Part shown: one piece after another, positions 43,985 through 60,097 of the stretch
How the letters are laid out: every line of letters begins with the position of its first letter
How positions within the stretch are numbered: position 1 is the stretch's first letter
Assembly: GCA_965153355.1 (NCBI GenBank)
Contig: OZ231126.1
Coordinates: 17,236,001 to 17,300,000 of the forward strand
Direction: 5' to 3'
Source: Flaccisagitta enflata
Taxonomy: Eukaryota
Length of the DNA stretch: 64,000 nucleotides
Notes under the pieces: model-generated
Told to the model about the DNA's origin: nothing
What the model saw: the letters and a program-made list of their open reading frames with translations, nothing else
The model's database searches: none
Program-made: the position numbers and the translations under genes

Positions 43985-44397
43985 GTGAGATATCAAGATA
44001 CAAAGACACTAAGATAAAGATATCAAAATACAATGATATCAAGATATAAAGATATGAGATATCCCCCACGCTCATGATAATGCAAGGACACTTCTGAAGA
44101 TGTAAAGAGACATGAAGAGCCATGGAGACATGAGACAACAGGAGACACATGAAGAGACACATAAAGAGACACATAAAATGACATATGAAGAGACACATGA
44201 AGAGATACATGAAGAGATACATGAAGAGATACATAAAGAGACACAAAGAGGAATGAAGAGAAATGAAGAGACATGAAGAGAAATGAAGACTAAACCCAGA
44301 AAATCATGTTAAGAAATTTTCTGGTGTCAGACGAATGGACTGACGGACCTACCTACGGACACCGTCTCTTATAGAGATGCGAGGACGCATCTAAAAG
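43985..44397 (-). mobile_element. HINE-like element carrying GATATC and CATGAAGAGA repeats
   Basis: Ends CTTATAGAGATGCGAGGACGCATCTAAAA; the internal repeat is related to the 21-25 kb minisatellite. Confidence 0.6.
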
Positions 44398-44822
44398 TAA
44401 ATCCTTACCGTTGAGACAATTGAAACCCTCTTGTGGCTTAGACAACCTCTTCTGAAGATTATCTTGACAAGTTAACAAAATAGAGATCCCTCTATGACCT
44501 TGGCATCCAAGAATTCCAAGGTTTACAAAGAATAGATCATCATCAGCAAGGAATTTGCATTGGAATCGTCTTCTGGCCTTGACTCTTACATTTCTATAAT
44601 CGGTAAATTACAAGACCAAATACTAAAAGAAAAACTGAAAAGAAAAACTAAGATAGTTGAAGTGTTATTATAAAGGCCACTAAAGTTTGATATCATTTAC
44701 TTAGTATTGTAAGTAAGTAACGTGGGATAACAATATCGTTGCGAACAGATGGGTAGGGGCGTCCAACCACCATGTGTCTCTGTCTCCCTCTCTGTCTCTC
44801 TCTGTCTCTCTCTGTCTCTCTG

Positions 44823-44924
<102 letters not shown>

Positions 44925-45340
44925 GGAGAAGAATAAGAGCACAAAACTTTGCAGGGAAAAAGGGAGAAGAAAGACAAATAAGTATTAGAGTGGTCACTAT
45001 TTGACCTTTTCAACTTGGTCTTTACGGCATGAACATGGGCCATCCACTACTTCCAAGTACCATTTCTCTCAAAGGTTTTCCCTTTTTAAGCATCTAAAAA
45101 CCCTGCGGAGTAAGATATGCAGATGAAGGTGGAGGTTGTTTTTGTTTTGTTTTGTTTTGTATTTTTAATTTTTTGTTTGCAAGCTTGTAGGTTATGCTTA
45201 TCCGTCTGTACCCTTGTGCAAATAGCCGGCAAGGGTAAAACATCATGAAATGCATTCTAATCACATTGTTAGGATGAGGAATATAGGCTTGGTACAAGTT
45301 ACTACAATCTTTACTAAACCAGAACCCCCTTCCCCTAATA

Positions 45341-46595
<1,255 letters not shown>

Positions 46596-46920
46596 AATCT
46601 GGATTTACCTACAGTATTTATAGTCGTGGGCTAGCAACTCTATGGAAGGCTTTGTCCGTTGGTCCACTGGTAAGTTCTTCCGTAATTATTGAGTCAAAAA
46701 GTAGAAAAATGATCGCTCTAGATGTGTGTGTGGGGGTTGGGGTTTGGGTGTGGATTGGGGTTGGACGCCCCTGCCCCCCCCCCCCTCCGTGTGTGGAAAT
46801 ATAGTGAATGCGCGTTACATTATAAAATGAGATCATGTCGATCGAGGTCCGTAGCTCAATTTGTTTAGGATATGCAATAGCACAATGTTGTGAGGTTTTT
46901 CACCCTTTTCCTGAAAATAA

Positions 46921-47070
46921 CATCAACTTTGGAAGACTCTTGCTCCTTAACGAATCAAGCTACAAATATCAATTTGGGCTCATTTTAAAGAGCTGTGTAT
47001 GCTCTTTAAAATGAGCTCAAGTTGAGGTTATTTCGTCAGTTCGTTAAGGAGATATGAGCCGTCGAAGTTT
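46921..47070. repeat. Imperfect palindrome, probable MITE core
   Basis: CTCCTTAACGAA..GCTCATTTTAAAGAGC / GCTCTTTAAAATGAGC..TTCGTTAAGGAG. Confidence 0.7.
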
Positions 47071-47482
47071 GCTCTTGAAAAAAAAAAAGAAAGAAAATAG
47101 GCAATTACCACTTCTCTCCCCCCCCCTCCTCATCCTACTCCGCATCGTTTGAATCGGATAGAAGCGTCGTCAAACTTGGGAAATATACTCAGTAATAGTG
47201 ATGTGATACCCCCTTAAATGCCGTATTGAGCATGGTGATCGAGTCATGTATGACCACTCTAATAAGTATTGACCATGAGAAATTCTCCAGATGTTTCGTT
47301 GTGGTCCATGCGAGCCTGCTTTTTCTAAGGCCAAAGCTAACCCCGAGCTATCTGTGTTTAATGGTTTCATATGACGGGCCCTAAGAAATGAAGATTTGGT
47401 ACGAGGTATATTGTTGATGATGGAAACATTTGTTTGTCGTTTTTACACAGACATAGACAGAGACAGATAGACAGAAACACAA

Positions 47483-47563
<81 letters not shown>

Positions 47564-47927
47564 CACACACATTGTTGCTTTCCATCTTCTTTCAAACGGT
47601 TTCTTTTCCTTTGCTCAATAAGATTGTGTAATTTTTGTTTCGCCCCACCTCGCGTGCCTTGAGATCGCATGTTTTGCACGGCTCGACATACAATCGATTT
47701 GTTTGTCTATCCTTTCATCTGCGCATTCCGTCTTTCCTTCTCTTTCTGATAATGTCGGTACGCACGTCTTTTCCATAGTATTTTTGTCAGTTCGTTTGTC
47801 TATATATCTGGTCACTGTCTTCCATTTTCTCGCTTTTGCTGTTTTTGTTCCCGGTTTATTGGTCGTTTTGTCTCTCCGTCCGTCTGTCTCTGTCCCGGTC
47901 GTTGGTATATCTTAACAGCAATTTCTT

Positions 47928-47974
<47 letters not shown>

Positions 47975-48283
47975 GCCCTTCCCGCTCGTAACTTCGTGCG
48001 GCCGCTGTGCCATGCCCTTTGATATTTTCTTTTTGCACAATACACATGTCATATTTTGAGGCCACCGTGGAAAAAAAGACCACGGAAATAAAAGATGGGT
48101 GCCAGATTAAAGAACTATTCATAAACATGATCAGTTATTCATAAGCGCATCTTTTTAGTCCCGTGCTACTCGACTCGACAAGTCACTGTCCATTCGTTGG
48201 TTGGTCCGTCCAAGCATTGTGGAAAGACAAATGAAGCCAGGGGAGTGATATTTAGTTCATAGACTGGTCATATTTTGAGAGAT

Positions 48284-49052
48284 TTTTAGTCGCGTGAACG
48301 CGACTCTAGAAGCCGCTGTGTCGGTCGGTCGGTCGGTCGGTCCGTCACGTCACGTCACGTAACTTTTTTGAAATATGGCTCTAATCTTCATTTTAAAGGT
48401 ACTTTAGGGTACTTAAGTCACTTAAGTCACCCTTAAGTCAGAAGTCACCCTTAATTCACTTACGTCGGTCCCCTTCGGTCACTTAAGTCCCCCTCGGTAA
48501 CCAAATAGATTAAAGTCACTTAAGTCTTTAAGTCATTTAAGTCACTTTTTAAGTCACTTAAGTCATTTAAGTCACTTAATCATTTAAGTCACTTAAGTCA
48601 CCCCTTAAGTCACTTAAGTCACCCCTTAAGTCACTTAAGTCACCCCTTATGTCACTCCTTAAGTCACTTAAGTCACCCCTTAAAGCACATAAATCACATA
48701 AGTCACTTAAGTCACTTAAGTCACTTTAGTCACTTAAGTCACTTAAGTCACTTGAGTCACTTGAGTCAATTGAGTCACCTTTTAAGTCACCTCTTAAGTC
48801 ACCTCTTAAGTCACCTCTTAAGGTACTTAAGGGTAATTAAGGGTACTTAATGATACTTTAGGGTACTTTAGGGTACATTAGGTACTTAAGGGTACTTAAG
48901 GGTACTTAAGGTACTTTAGGGTATTTCAGGGTACTTTAGGTATAAAGATAGGTATTTTTAGGTAATTATTAGTAATTATGTAATTACCTTGATTACCTAA
49001 ATTACCTTCATTACCTTTATTACCACGCGACTAAGGTTTGTTGACCTTGTTT
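48284..49052 (+). mobile_element. HINE element with an expanded (TTAAGTCAC)n / (TTAAGGGTAC)n minisatellite
   Basis: 5' hairpin AGTCGCGTGAACGCGACT, (GGTC)n, about 550 bp of 9-10 bp repeats, and 3' CACGCGACT..GACCTTGTTT. Confidence 0.75.
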
Positions 49053-49270
49053 TAGGGAACATTGCTTAAAATCAAATTTTCTACAACTTTCCCACAGTAT
49101 GTTCTGTAAGAATGTCGCTCGTTTGGCCGTTGCTTAGGAGCGTATCAATGTGTGACAACCCCTAGTAATTGCTAAACGAGCGACATTCTTACAAACCATA
49201 CTGTGGGAAAGTTGTAGCAAATTTAATGAAAAAAAAGGTTCCCTCAAAAAAATTCTCAAAATATTGATAT
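49052..49270. repeat. Palindromic element interrupted by the preceding HINE
   Basis: CTACAACTTTCCCACAGTATG..GTAAGAATGTCGCTCGTTT / AAACGAGCGACATTCTTAC..CATACTGTGGGAAAGTTGTAG. The left arm appears to continue at about 48268-48285. Confidence 0.75.
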
Positions 49271-49674
49271 TTTAGCGAAAATATATGGAAATGCGTTTTC
49301 ATGGCAACCAGCCAACATAGGCAAAAAAGCATCCCTTTATTAGTCTATGTTTCAATTATCACTCCTCTGGCTTCATTTCTTTTTTTACAATGCTTGCCCC
49401 CGTTATCTCAAGTCTAGACGAGATCTACTGTATGTGTTGAAGGTGTCTTTTTTATCGATGTTATTTTTGTCGTTGAAAACTTGTCACGCACGCGACGTCT
49501 TCCTCAGAAACTCAATTTATTCTCGTGGTACTTATTGGTGCTAATAAGATTTCTGAATGAGAGGAAAAGACTGAGGAAAGGAAGAGGAGGAAACATTGGC
49601 CTACTTCCATTTTCTCATTTTGAATGTCGAAATAAAGTTAGATAACACAACCTGAATCCACCACCTGAGAACTA

Positions 49675-50432
49675 CAGTATGATTTTCCTGAAGTGACACG
49701 AAAGAAAATCTTATTACTCCGCTTAGGAACAACCTATCACAAATCCGAAAAAAAGGCCAAATAGATCTTGTTTGCAGATTTTTCCTGTTATTTTTTTATA
49801 GGATTTTTTTTGTTAATGGTGTGGCCCTCACATGATTTCAAACTAAATCAGTGTTTTTGAAAAAATATCCAACTTTTACATGCCTAATTCTTTTTAAATC
49901 ACCACAAATCGATATTTTTGATCCTAGTCTTTATCTATGAAGCTCCTTTGCCTAGAATCAAATGATATTTGCCTTCAATATTATTCATACACACTCATTG
50001 TTCCATTAACACAGATATATTGAGCTAAAAATGAGTGTTTTTGTGCATTTTCTGGAAAAAATGCTTGTTTTTTTTATCTTTTGATAAAAATTGGTAACTC
50101 AGGCACAAACAAATATCAGAATATAAATCTATAAGCACTTTCCTTTCATGAAAGTCCACTCCCGAAAGTTTGTCTTGATCCAAGGAGGAAGAGCATAGAT
50201 CTAAGATGACTCTTTGAAAATGATGGTTTCAAAAATTGCCCTATCTGAGAAATGAAGAAATTGATGCACATAACTTGAGGGCTTATTTTTTAGGAGTGAT
50301 GTATTTTTTCTTCCAAGATGTAAAATCTGCAAAGCAAATGCTACAAAAGGTTTTTTTTCAGAATCTTGATATCTTTTTTTTGTTTGGGAGATATGAGATT
50401 TTCATTCGTGTCAGTTCAAAAAAATCATACTG
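49675..50432. mobile_element. Tc1/mariner-type MITE
   Basis: TA|CAGTATGATTTT..GAA.TGACACGAA ... TTCGTGTCAGTTC..AAAATCATACTG|TA. Confidence 0.8.
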
Positions 50433-51341
50433 TAGCTTCAGCCAAGCAAAACTCTAAAAGATTAACGTATTACATTTTTAGCATACTGTCAATTTTCAGT
50501 CGCATGCGCGTTGCTTTGCTTTGACTGTCCGTTGGTCCATCCATCCGTCAGTCGGTCTGTGTTTCCGTCAGTTTTTTTTTTTTTTTGCACTCATTTTTTT
50601 TTTCTTAAATAATTTCAAGTCGTTGCGAGTCATTTCAAGTCACTGGTTATCAACATCAGTAGTTGTTAACATCATTTCCTTATCGGTCTGTTGTCTGCGG
50701 TTTGTCGACTATAGTCTATGGTCTCTGAATTGCAATCTGTCATCCATAGTCTGTTGCCATGTAGTCCGCTGTTTGAAATAGTCCATCCTCTCCAGGCTAG
50801 GTAATAAACTCGCATATGGGCCCTGTGGCCACAAAAGCAGAAGTGTTTATCAACTGTTTTTATTGACAAAAATTATAGAAACTATTTTCTGCATCTTTTT
50901 TATGCTCTAATAGTAATCAAGTGTTTATGTTAAATGTGAGAATGTTGGATCATCAAACTTACCAAAATTTTATCAGTTAATAAAAGGCAAAACTAGAAGC
51001 ATTTTGTTGCCATTTTTGCAGAAATCTTAGAACTGCATTTTAAGGTTCAGTCTGTGCTCTGAGGCTTAAGATCTATCTCGTACATGAGTTTCGCACTCTG
51101 TAACTTTATGAAGGGTTGTTAAATGAATCAACCTAACTCATTTTTATATAAAAAAAAACAAACAAATTTTTCAGCCATAAACGATACTATTACCTGAAAT
51201 TATACAAACGTGGAAAGGGGAGTCTGCGGTCAGTGACATGAGAAAACGAACATAAGAATTATAAACACCTCTAAAGTCTCACATCATGATATCATCTATT
51301 CATCTCTCATTCAGGCCAACAACAATGAGGTCAAGTCTCAC

Positions 51342-51374
<33 letters not shown>

Positions 51375-51978
51375 AAGACGAAAAGAGCAAAAAAGAACAA
51401 AATAAGAGAGAGATAAATGGGAGGAAAGGTGAAAAGCTACACGGAGCTCTTTGCTCACGTACTCATACAGATGTCACAAGATGCCCCATGAACAAATGAA
51501 TAATCATCTTCTGGGTTTCTTTCTTTCACTGTACACGGGACTCCATGACTCATATTGTTTGTTAGTCAGATGATTTGTCGGTTCATCCGTCCGACTCTCT
51601 GTATATCTGAGTAACACTGCTTTTCTAGTGCGCATGAGTTTGTTTTGGCGTTAATGCCCCTACCTAAATAAATGATAAAGTTTTTTTTATCATTAATCAT
51701 TGCCCTGTCTACCCGCGCGCCACTTGAGTAGCCGTGCAAATGGCCTTGCTTCTTTCGAATCAGTTAAAACTTGCTAAAAGAGACCGGTTGGTAAAGCCGC
51801 AACCAAACCCTAAGTCCCTAAGTCCCTAAAAGTTTTAAGTTTTAATACTTTTATCACTTATGTGAGAGTATGCATCTAGAAAAAAAAGTTTGGAAACACT
51901 CATGGTTGGCGGTATGTCTTCCCCTTAAGTGCTCAAAACTCATGTAACTGATGTTTTTTGGTTATTTTCTTATTCATA

Positions 51979-52754
51979 CAGTATGATTTTTCACGTTTGA
52001 AATATTCTGTGACGACATTACATAAAGAGTAATAAAGATGATTCAATTCTGTAAAAGGTTTGTAAAAGCTAATGATGACGCATTTTATGATGTGTAACTC
52101 TTAGGACTTTTTTACAAAAGTCTATACCTTTTGACAAATGAGGAAATATTGATCAAAATCAGTAAAAAACACTATGATTCTAAGTTCTTGGCTGAAGAGT
52201 TTTTCTTTAAGTTGCTCTTATTTCTAAACAGATTGAGCTAAAGGTACCAGATTGGTCTCAAATTCAACCTAATTTACCATAGTTTTAGGAAATACAAAGA
52301 GGGAAATTTTTCTTTAATGATACATCACAAGGAACTTGAAAACAATTGGTTTCTTGACAAAAATTTTGATGAAAAGTTGGTTCACAGTCCAAAAATCGAT
52401 CTGAAATATCAAAAAAGCATTTCAACTCAAGCTTTCCCGAAAACTACTTCTAAATACCTTTCATTTGAGAGCAATCTGGTATCTGTAGCTCAATTCCTTT
52501 AGAAATGAGAGCACTTTAAAGGCAAACAGTTCAAATGACAATTTTTTGCAAAGAAACAATCTGAATATGATAACATCTAGTTCTGTACTCTTTCCAAGGA
52601 TCAAATTTTTTTCCAAAGTTCCTGGGAGTTACACATCACAAAATGCATCTACATTATCTTTCAGGAATTTTTTTTCAGAGTCCAATTATCTCTATTACTA
52701 TTATCTCTATTACCTTTATTACATAGAATATTTCGAACGACAAAAATCATACTG
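51979..52754. mobile_element. Tc1/mariner-type long-TIR MITE
   Basis: TA|CAGTATGATTTTT..CGTT.GAAATATTCT ... AGAATATTTCGAACG..AAAAATCATACTG|TA. The arms pair for several hundred bases. Confidence 0.8.
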
Positions 52755-52785
52755 TATTAACTAGAACAAAAGAGAAAAACTAATA

Positions 52786-53371
52786 CAGGGTGTTTCATGC
52801 TAAATTAGATATAAGAAAACGATGCCATTCTGCTTCTAAAAATTCTAATAATTCTGAAAAAAGATTCAAAGAGCACTTAAGCTCCGATTTTTTGTGTGAA
52901 AATTTCATGAGTGTGGGTCAAATATCATGGCCTCAACATCAATTTGAAGTAAAATGAGCATTTAAAAGAGAAGCTCTTTTCACATAATTTTGATTTTGAA
53001 AGTTTTTCTTTGAAGCGCTCTCATTTCTAAACGGCTTAAGCCACAGATGCCAGATTAGTCTCAAATTAAAGAAAATTTGATAAGTTTTAATCTGAGACTA
53101 ATCTGGTATCTGTAACTCAAGCCGTTTAGAAATGAGAGCACTTCAAAGTAGAACTTTAAAATCAAAATTATGTTAAAAGAGCTTTTCCTTTAAATGCTCA
53201 TTTTATTTCAAATTGATGTTGTGGCCAAGATATTTGACCCACACCCATAAAATTTTTACACAAAAAATTGGAGCTTAAGTGCTCTTTAAAACTTTTTTCA
53301 GAAGTATTTTTGTATTGTTAGAAACAGAATGGCATCGTTTTCTTATATCTATTTTGGCATAAAACACCATG
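52786..53371. mobile_element. Fully palindromic mariner-type MITE
   Basis: TA|CAGGGTGTTT.ATGC ... GCAT.AAACACC.TG|TA, with arms of about 290 bp and a centre near 53078. Confidence 0.85.
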
Positions 53372-54997
53372 TATCTTCACAAAAAAAATCTTTCCACCTT
53401 GAAATGATTTCATTTGTTGACTAGTTAAGGATTACTTGTCAATCGCAAATCAATCAATAATGAATGTCAGCAACCCTCAACTGAATCACGGCCGCCATCA
53501 GTTGGGCTAGCGATTCCTGGCGCCTCTAAAGGTACTTTGGAGTGATAGTGTTCCAAACCATTCAAGCCATTTTTTCTATCCCTTCTTTTGCTACATTTGG
53601 ACTGATAGCTCTACAGAGATACACTTAATCATCAGAAAATAGGTGACATAAATGAAGCCCTTCAAATTTGCAAGCAGTTTGTGCAAACCGCATCGATCTT
53701 GCTCAATTCGTTTAAAAGTAATTTTAAAAAGAGTGAAGTAATATCGTTTAAAGAATGTTTGGAATGGAAAAACCGAAATTGAAACATTTCATTAAAAGTT
53801 GAATAACTTTTGAACGCGATGAGTTAGAGAGATCCGGTTTGCGTAGATCGCTAGCTAATTCGAAGAGCTTTAATTCAGTCACCAATTTTTCATGGATTGG
53901 TCAAATGTAAGCAGAGATATATGCTAAAATGTGCGGAAAGATTTTTTTTGTGATAATAGTATCTACACCCCATTCTAGGGACCGCGGGTTTGGTTTGTTT
54001 TTCACAAGTAAGAGGTGGTTGGGGTAAAGATAGTAGATTTTGGTTATTTCAGCGGCAAAATTGGGTTACTTCTTTTTAAATCTGATTAAAAACCCACGAG
54101 ATTGAAAAGCTAGAGCTCAAGCGTTAACCAGTGGTGCAATCCGCATGTTACTATCAACTTTTTGGTAAAATTTGAGCATATGATAGATGAAAGGGTAGGA
54201 GAAAAAAGAAATCCCTAATTTGCTAGCCGCGGACACGCGACTCTACACCTTGCTATTTCGTGACTTTTAGCTTTTTTGTTGTGTTTTATGTCATTGTAAG
54301 GTACGTAAGTGTAAAATACTTTTGTACTGTAGTTCTGTGTTCCTGTAATACTGCCCCTGCCCAACCATACGCGACTTTTGTCCTGTTTTTGTTACATGAC
54401 CACATGACACATGACACATGACACATGACACATGACACATGACACATGACACATGACACATGATCACATTCAAACTATCGTAGATTTTTCGACGTTGAAT
54501 AAAATGCTCATGATTATGTTTACTTATCTAAACAAGAAGTTGAGATATTTCTATTTAAAGTGGTTTCCAAACATATTTCCTAGATGGTACTGATAGATGA
54601 TAGATGATAGGGCCGACATATGGTTCCAGCAGAATGAGGTCAGAGAAGAACTCTGACATGACAACATACGCTAATGGGAGGGGGGGGCGGTTAATGGAAA
54701 AAAAATACGGCATATACAAATGAGTTCCTGCATGATATCATCAGTGATCCACATACAAAAGACAAATTGCAAAAGCTAATAACCATTTTCGATTGCACGT
54801 TTCTCTGTTTGCGTTATCTATCTTTCACTGTTTCTCTCTTTGAAGATAACGGTAACAAATCGCCTACTCAGACCTCTTTTCTAGTCAGAGTCTTTTCCAA
54901 TTCCAATTCCCAACTTTTTTTTCTTTTGCGGTTTGCATGCGCACGTGTTAGTGTGTGTTTGCCTCACCTTCTAGGTATCTATTTGCACATTTGTTTT

Positions 54998-55615
<618 letters not shown>

Positions 55616-56298
55616 ATCCTACATTATTGCAACTTACTCGTTTCATTGAGAGCTGGTCTTTTCCGTCGTGAGCAGTAATACGAGACGTGGGCGTCCAAAG
55701 TCGAGCTGCTGGAGAATTTGATACCGCAGAGGGCGCATTGGTAATCTAGAGATAGTCCCGAAAAAAGAAAGGAAAGAAAAGTTGCAAAAGCGTCAGATGG
55801 TCAGCGGTACCTGTTGTTCCATAATATATTTCAGAGATGAGATAGTAAAAGAGGTGGCTGCCTTGGTGCTGATGTTCTATGCTTTTATGCTGAAATAATC
55901 TTCTTTTTTCAAGTTATTTGAGCCTTGTTGCTGGGATTTGAGTTCCAAGACTGGCGTTTCATTTGAGCCCCTAGGCTAAGATTTGAGCCTTAAAGCTGGG
56001 ACTTGAGCGTCAACACTGAGCTTTAAGCTTTGAGGCTGGGATTTAAGTTTTACAGCTGGGAATTAATGCTAGAATTTGAGCCTTGAGGTTGAGATTTGAG
56101 CTTTGAGACTCTCAAACCAGGAAGGGGGGGGGGGAAGAGGAGAAGAACGGAGAAGCTAAAGAGAAGGAGCAAAAAGTCTCCCATATGTGTCATAGTATAG
56201 GTCATCGGCCCCTTGTCGGCCGCTGCCCAAAAAGGGGGACAGAGAAGGAAACTTAATTGAAATCGGTCAAAAGGTTGAGCTTTAACCTTCTTTTTTTT

Positions 56299-56335
<37 letters not shown>

Positions 56336-57191
56336 TGTACGTGTGCCTCATGCGGGCGTGACAATCGACAATCGTGCATCCAGTTAACAGACCGATATTG
56401 TTATTTCTAGGCCACTTTCATTTCAAGAAGCGGTGGGCAAAGTAGGAAACTAACGATAGTAATCTTCACACTATGTCATTGATAATGATCTAAGTATGGG
56501 ATGATTTCTCTCTTTCTTTTTTGCTATTTTTGCAAAAACTGGCAGAGCTGAGCCCTGAAATTCCGCTAGTTTCCTTAAAATTTCAGGCCACAGACTTGAC
56601 TTAATACTATTTTCTCTTCTTCATTCCTGCATGTTGGGCTCTTTAATGAAGTGGAAAATTTATGTATTTTTTTGTATTGTATATGTTTTTCGTTATTTAA
56701 GTTCTTTCTGTTATCGTGTTATGACACTTGCAATGCCCTTAGGTCAACACAGTGTCCTTTCCTACCCACCCGTAACCAGAGTAGCCGTCCGTCTGTCGGT
56801 CTGTAAGCCCGTTGGTCCGTCCATAGGTTCATCCGTGATGATTGAGTCGAAAAGTGTGAAAACGCGCTATTACGATCCTGTTAGTTAAGATTGAACGTGT
56901 GTGTGTGAGCATGGGGTTGGGAAGGGTATTGATGGAAGTTGTATGCCCCTGCCCACCCGTCCGCAATGATATTGTCACCCGGCATCACTTGTTGATGCTG
57001 TAGTTGTGATTTTGTGTGTTCGGAGGAGGGTTGAAAGCCCCTGCCCACACGTCCGCGACGATATTGTAAACCCGGGTCAGTTAATCATTTAATTACTAGT
57101 TGATGAACAACTTAATCTCAACGCCACTTGTTGATGGTTTATCACTATAAGTGATACAGCAGGAAGATCCAACAAGCACCTGTGCGAAGAC

Positions 57192-57350
57192 ATTTTGTTC
57201 ACTGACTGATTATGCTTATTTTATTTATGTATGTTTCCTTCCCCTGAAATTTTGTTCAATGTCTGTTTACGCCTGTTTCATTCATGTATGTTTCCTTCCC
57301 CTGATATTTTGTTCACTGTCTGTTTACGCCTGTTTCATTCATGTATGGCT
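57192..57350. repeat. About 57-bp tandem repeat, 3 copies
   Basis: ATTTTGTTCA.TG.CTG.TTA.GC.T.TTT.ATT.ATGTATG repeated. Confidence 0.85.
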
Positions 57351-57769
57351 CCTTTCTCGTTCCTCATGAATATCAAAAGAGAAAGAGCAACTCTGAAATA
57401 AGCTCTCTGAAAAGAATATTCTCGGTCATGCACTTATTTTTCTGTTTTCTGACGTGTGTACACGACTCTTTAGGTCGCTGTATGTGGATTATGGGCGTCT
57501 CTACATACTGCATAGTAGCCACGGCCACACGCGCCTACTATTACTATCAGCGTTCTTCTAGTACACATTGTCTTTTCTGCCGAACACATTCCATTGACGA
57601 ATTTCACGTTATAAAGATGTGATGGGAAAAATGGGTAACCTACTATCAGTGTTTGCAAAAGTTTTGGGTTAACCAAAAACTAGACACCGTGAACCATCAA
57701 TATCACCGATATTTTCCTCACCCTACCTGCACGCTACTCTTTCATTTTATGGGTGTGTCTATTCGTTTA

Positions 57770-57890
57770 AATATCCAATGAAAGAATAACCTATGGAACA
57801 ATATCCAGCGGAGCAATAATCTTAGTGGGACAGCAATCTCAGTGGGGCACAAATCCAGTGAAACAACGTCCAGTGGAACAAGATCCCATT
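57770..57890. repeat. 15-16 bp degenerate tandem repeat (AATCCAGTGGAACA-like)
   Basis: About 7 copies. Confidence 0.7.
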
Positions 57891-59189
57891 TTTAACCAAA
57901 ACTGAAAACGAAGAGAAAGACTGAGGCGTCTTGCGAAAAATAAATGGTCATGAATAGTCACAGACCAATTACAAACGCCTTCCCGCCTTCCCGTCCGCTG
58001 CCTCACGCGTCCCTAAATTAAGACTGATCCACAAAACGGGTTATTGAGTCGCGTGCACACGACTTGTAAAGTAAGACTTAAGATCCATAATTTATCAAGA
58101 CCACGCTGCGTTTTCTAACAATAAAGTGAATTAAAAAGAAAAAAAACACAACTGTTTCTGCACAGAAAAAAAAAAACGCGTGGCTTCCCCATTGTGAGGG
58201 AAATTCAGCCATCGCAACTTTTCTTTTAATTAATTCTGTTTTATGGTTCTGTTCAGACTGATCGTAAAACGTTTCTTCCATTCTGAGTTTACAATTCACT
58301 GGTTTCAAGCGATTTCTCTACAAGCGCACGGGCTTTAAGGGCTTCCAGTTGTCCCACATGAGAAAAATCAATAATTAGGTTTGTGGTGATTAATACGAAG
58401 TACAAGCCATTCATTTCTAGATGCCCAAGTCTCTGCCATCGATCACTATCAATGTAGCATTACATAACAGAGACAGTTATAGCATCACAATACACTAGGA
58501 AGCATGCTACACTGAAATGCGAAGTTGTGTGTTTTCCTAGCAACGAGTTACTAAGATACTAGCCAGAAACAACAAGTTCCAAAGGCCGAATCAATTGAAA
58601 TATATGTTACCCAATTCAAATCAGTACAAATTAAGCTGAGGTTGTGAAGATTAGCGGTACGTTTTTTTACATGTTCCTGATTGCAAAAAGGCATGAAATT
58701 TTACGTGTGATATCGGACAGAGGTAGTGAAGGGCCACCCGATTTGATTTATGAGAATTACCCATTTCTTGCTACCTTCAAATTAGAATTGACTTGATTTA
58801 CCTACTTAAAACGGCTTTCACTGAACATTTGAAATCGCACGGTCATTAGTATGCATCTACTTTATCCAAAATTCTAATTTGTTCAGATTTTTAGGGTCCA
58901 GGGTCATCAGAATATGTACTGATCTGAGGACATGATTTTGCTTATTTGGTCTATGTTGTAAATAGGCGATGGAGGCTGTTGGCAGTGTCAGTTACTCAAT
59001 TTTTGGTGCTCATTGGATATCGTTAACCCTCCCAGGCCTGATGAAGCTGTCTTAGTCAGTTCAGATTGGCCACCTCTTGTCCCTTAAATTAAATGAGGGA
59101 ATAAGTCGGTAAAGTTTACGGGACCCGCATATGCGCAAGTGTATCCGGCCTTACTATAAAACGGCGCACCAGGTAATCTGTAACGTAAA

Positions 59190-59430
59190 CAGTGTTGCTC
59201 GGAATCGCTCGGGTTTTGCTTGGGGTTGCTGGGGGTTTCTTGGGGTTGCTCGGGGTTGTTATTGTTTATTGTGTCCTTAGTGTAGTCATTGCTCCAAACA
59301 AGGCAAACCCAAGAAACCCCAAGCAACCTCGAGCAACCCCAACAAACCCCAAGCAATCCCGAGCTTGTGTTGCTCGGGGTTGACTCAAGGTTCAACCCTG
59401 AGCCACCCCGGGGGTTAAATCTCACCCCAG
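59190..59430. repeat. 10-bp repeats (TTGCTCGGGG / CCCCAAGCAA) in inverted blocks, probable transposon remnant
   Basis: The repeat switches strand around 59270-59290. Confidence 0.65.
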
Positions 59431-59529
59431 AATATGGGGTGCGGCGCAAGATTGAAAGCGGCTGTAACAGGTTCACGACTGAACGCCCTCAATGAATTCC
59501 ATATTTTGGGTCACTGTGTTTTAGACGAG

Positions 59530-60052
59530 GATGAAAGAAGAAAGGAAACAAGATAAGCGAGTTAGGCAGAAAAGAAGGATGGAAGGACGGATAGGAGGGA
59601 GGAAAGAAGGGTTGAAACAAGGAAGCAGAGAAGAAGGAAGGGAGGGAGGGAGGGAGGGAGGGAGGAAAGAAGGCAGAAAGGAGAGAAGGAGCGAATGGAG
59701 GAATTAGGAAGGAAGAAAGGGAGAAAAGAAGAAATTAAGTACTGAAGGAAGGTAGAAAGGTGGGAAGGAATGAAGGAGGGAAGGAGCAAAGGAGCGAAGG
59801 GAGGAAGAGGAGAAGATAGAGAGCAAGTCAGGACGGGAAAGGAAAAAAGATGTAAGAGAGGGAAGAAGGAAGCAATGATGGAAGGAAAGAAAGAAGGAAA
59901 GAAGAAAGGGAAGAAGAAAGGAAGGAAGGGAAGAAGAAAGGAAGGAAGTAAGGAAGGAAAGAAGCAAAGGAGAAAGGGAGGGAGGAAGAAATGTAGGAAA
60001 GAAGCAAGGGAAGAAACGAAGACAGGATGGAAGGAAGAAAGGAGGGAGGAAG
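59530..60052. repeat. Polypurine (GGAA)n-like low-complexity tract
   Basis: Direct reading. Confidence 0.9.
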
Positions 60053-60097
60053 AGTAGTTAGTAGGTAAGGCTAGTATTCAAAATGACTCAGACATAC

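Noticed and set aside
55722-55737. CTCF-like motif CCGCAGAGGGCGC (looser matches near 53518 and 61355)
   Set aside because: Isolated partial matches cannot be told from chance without binding data.
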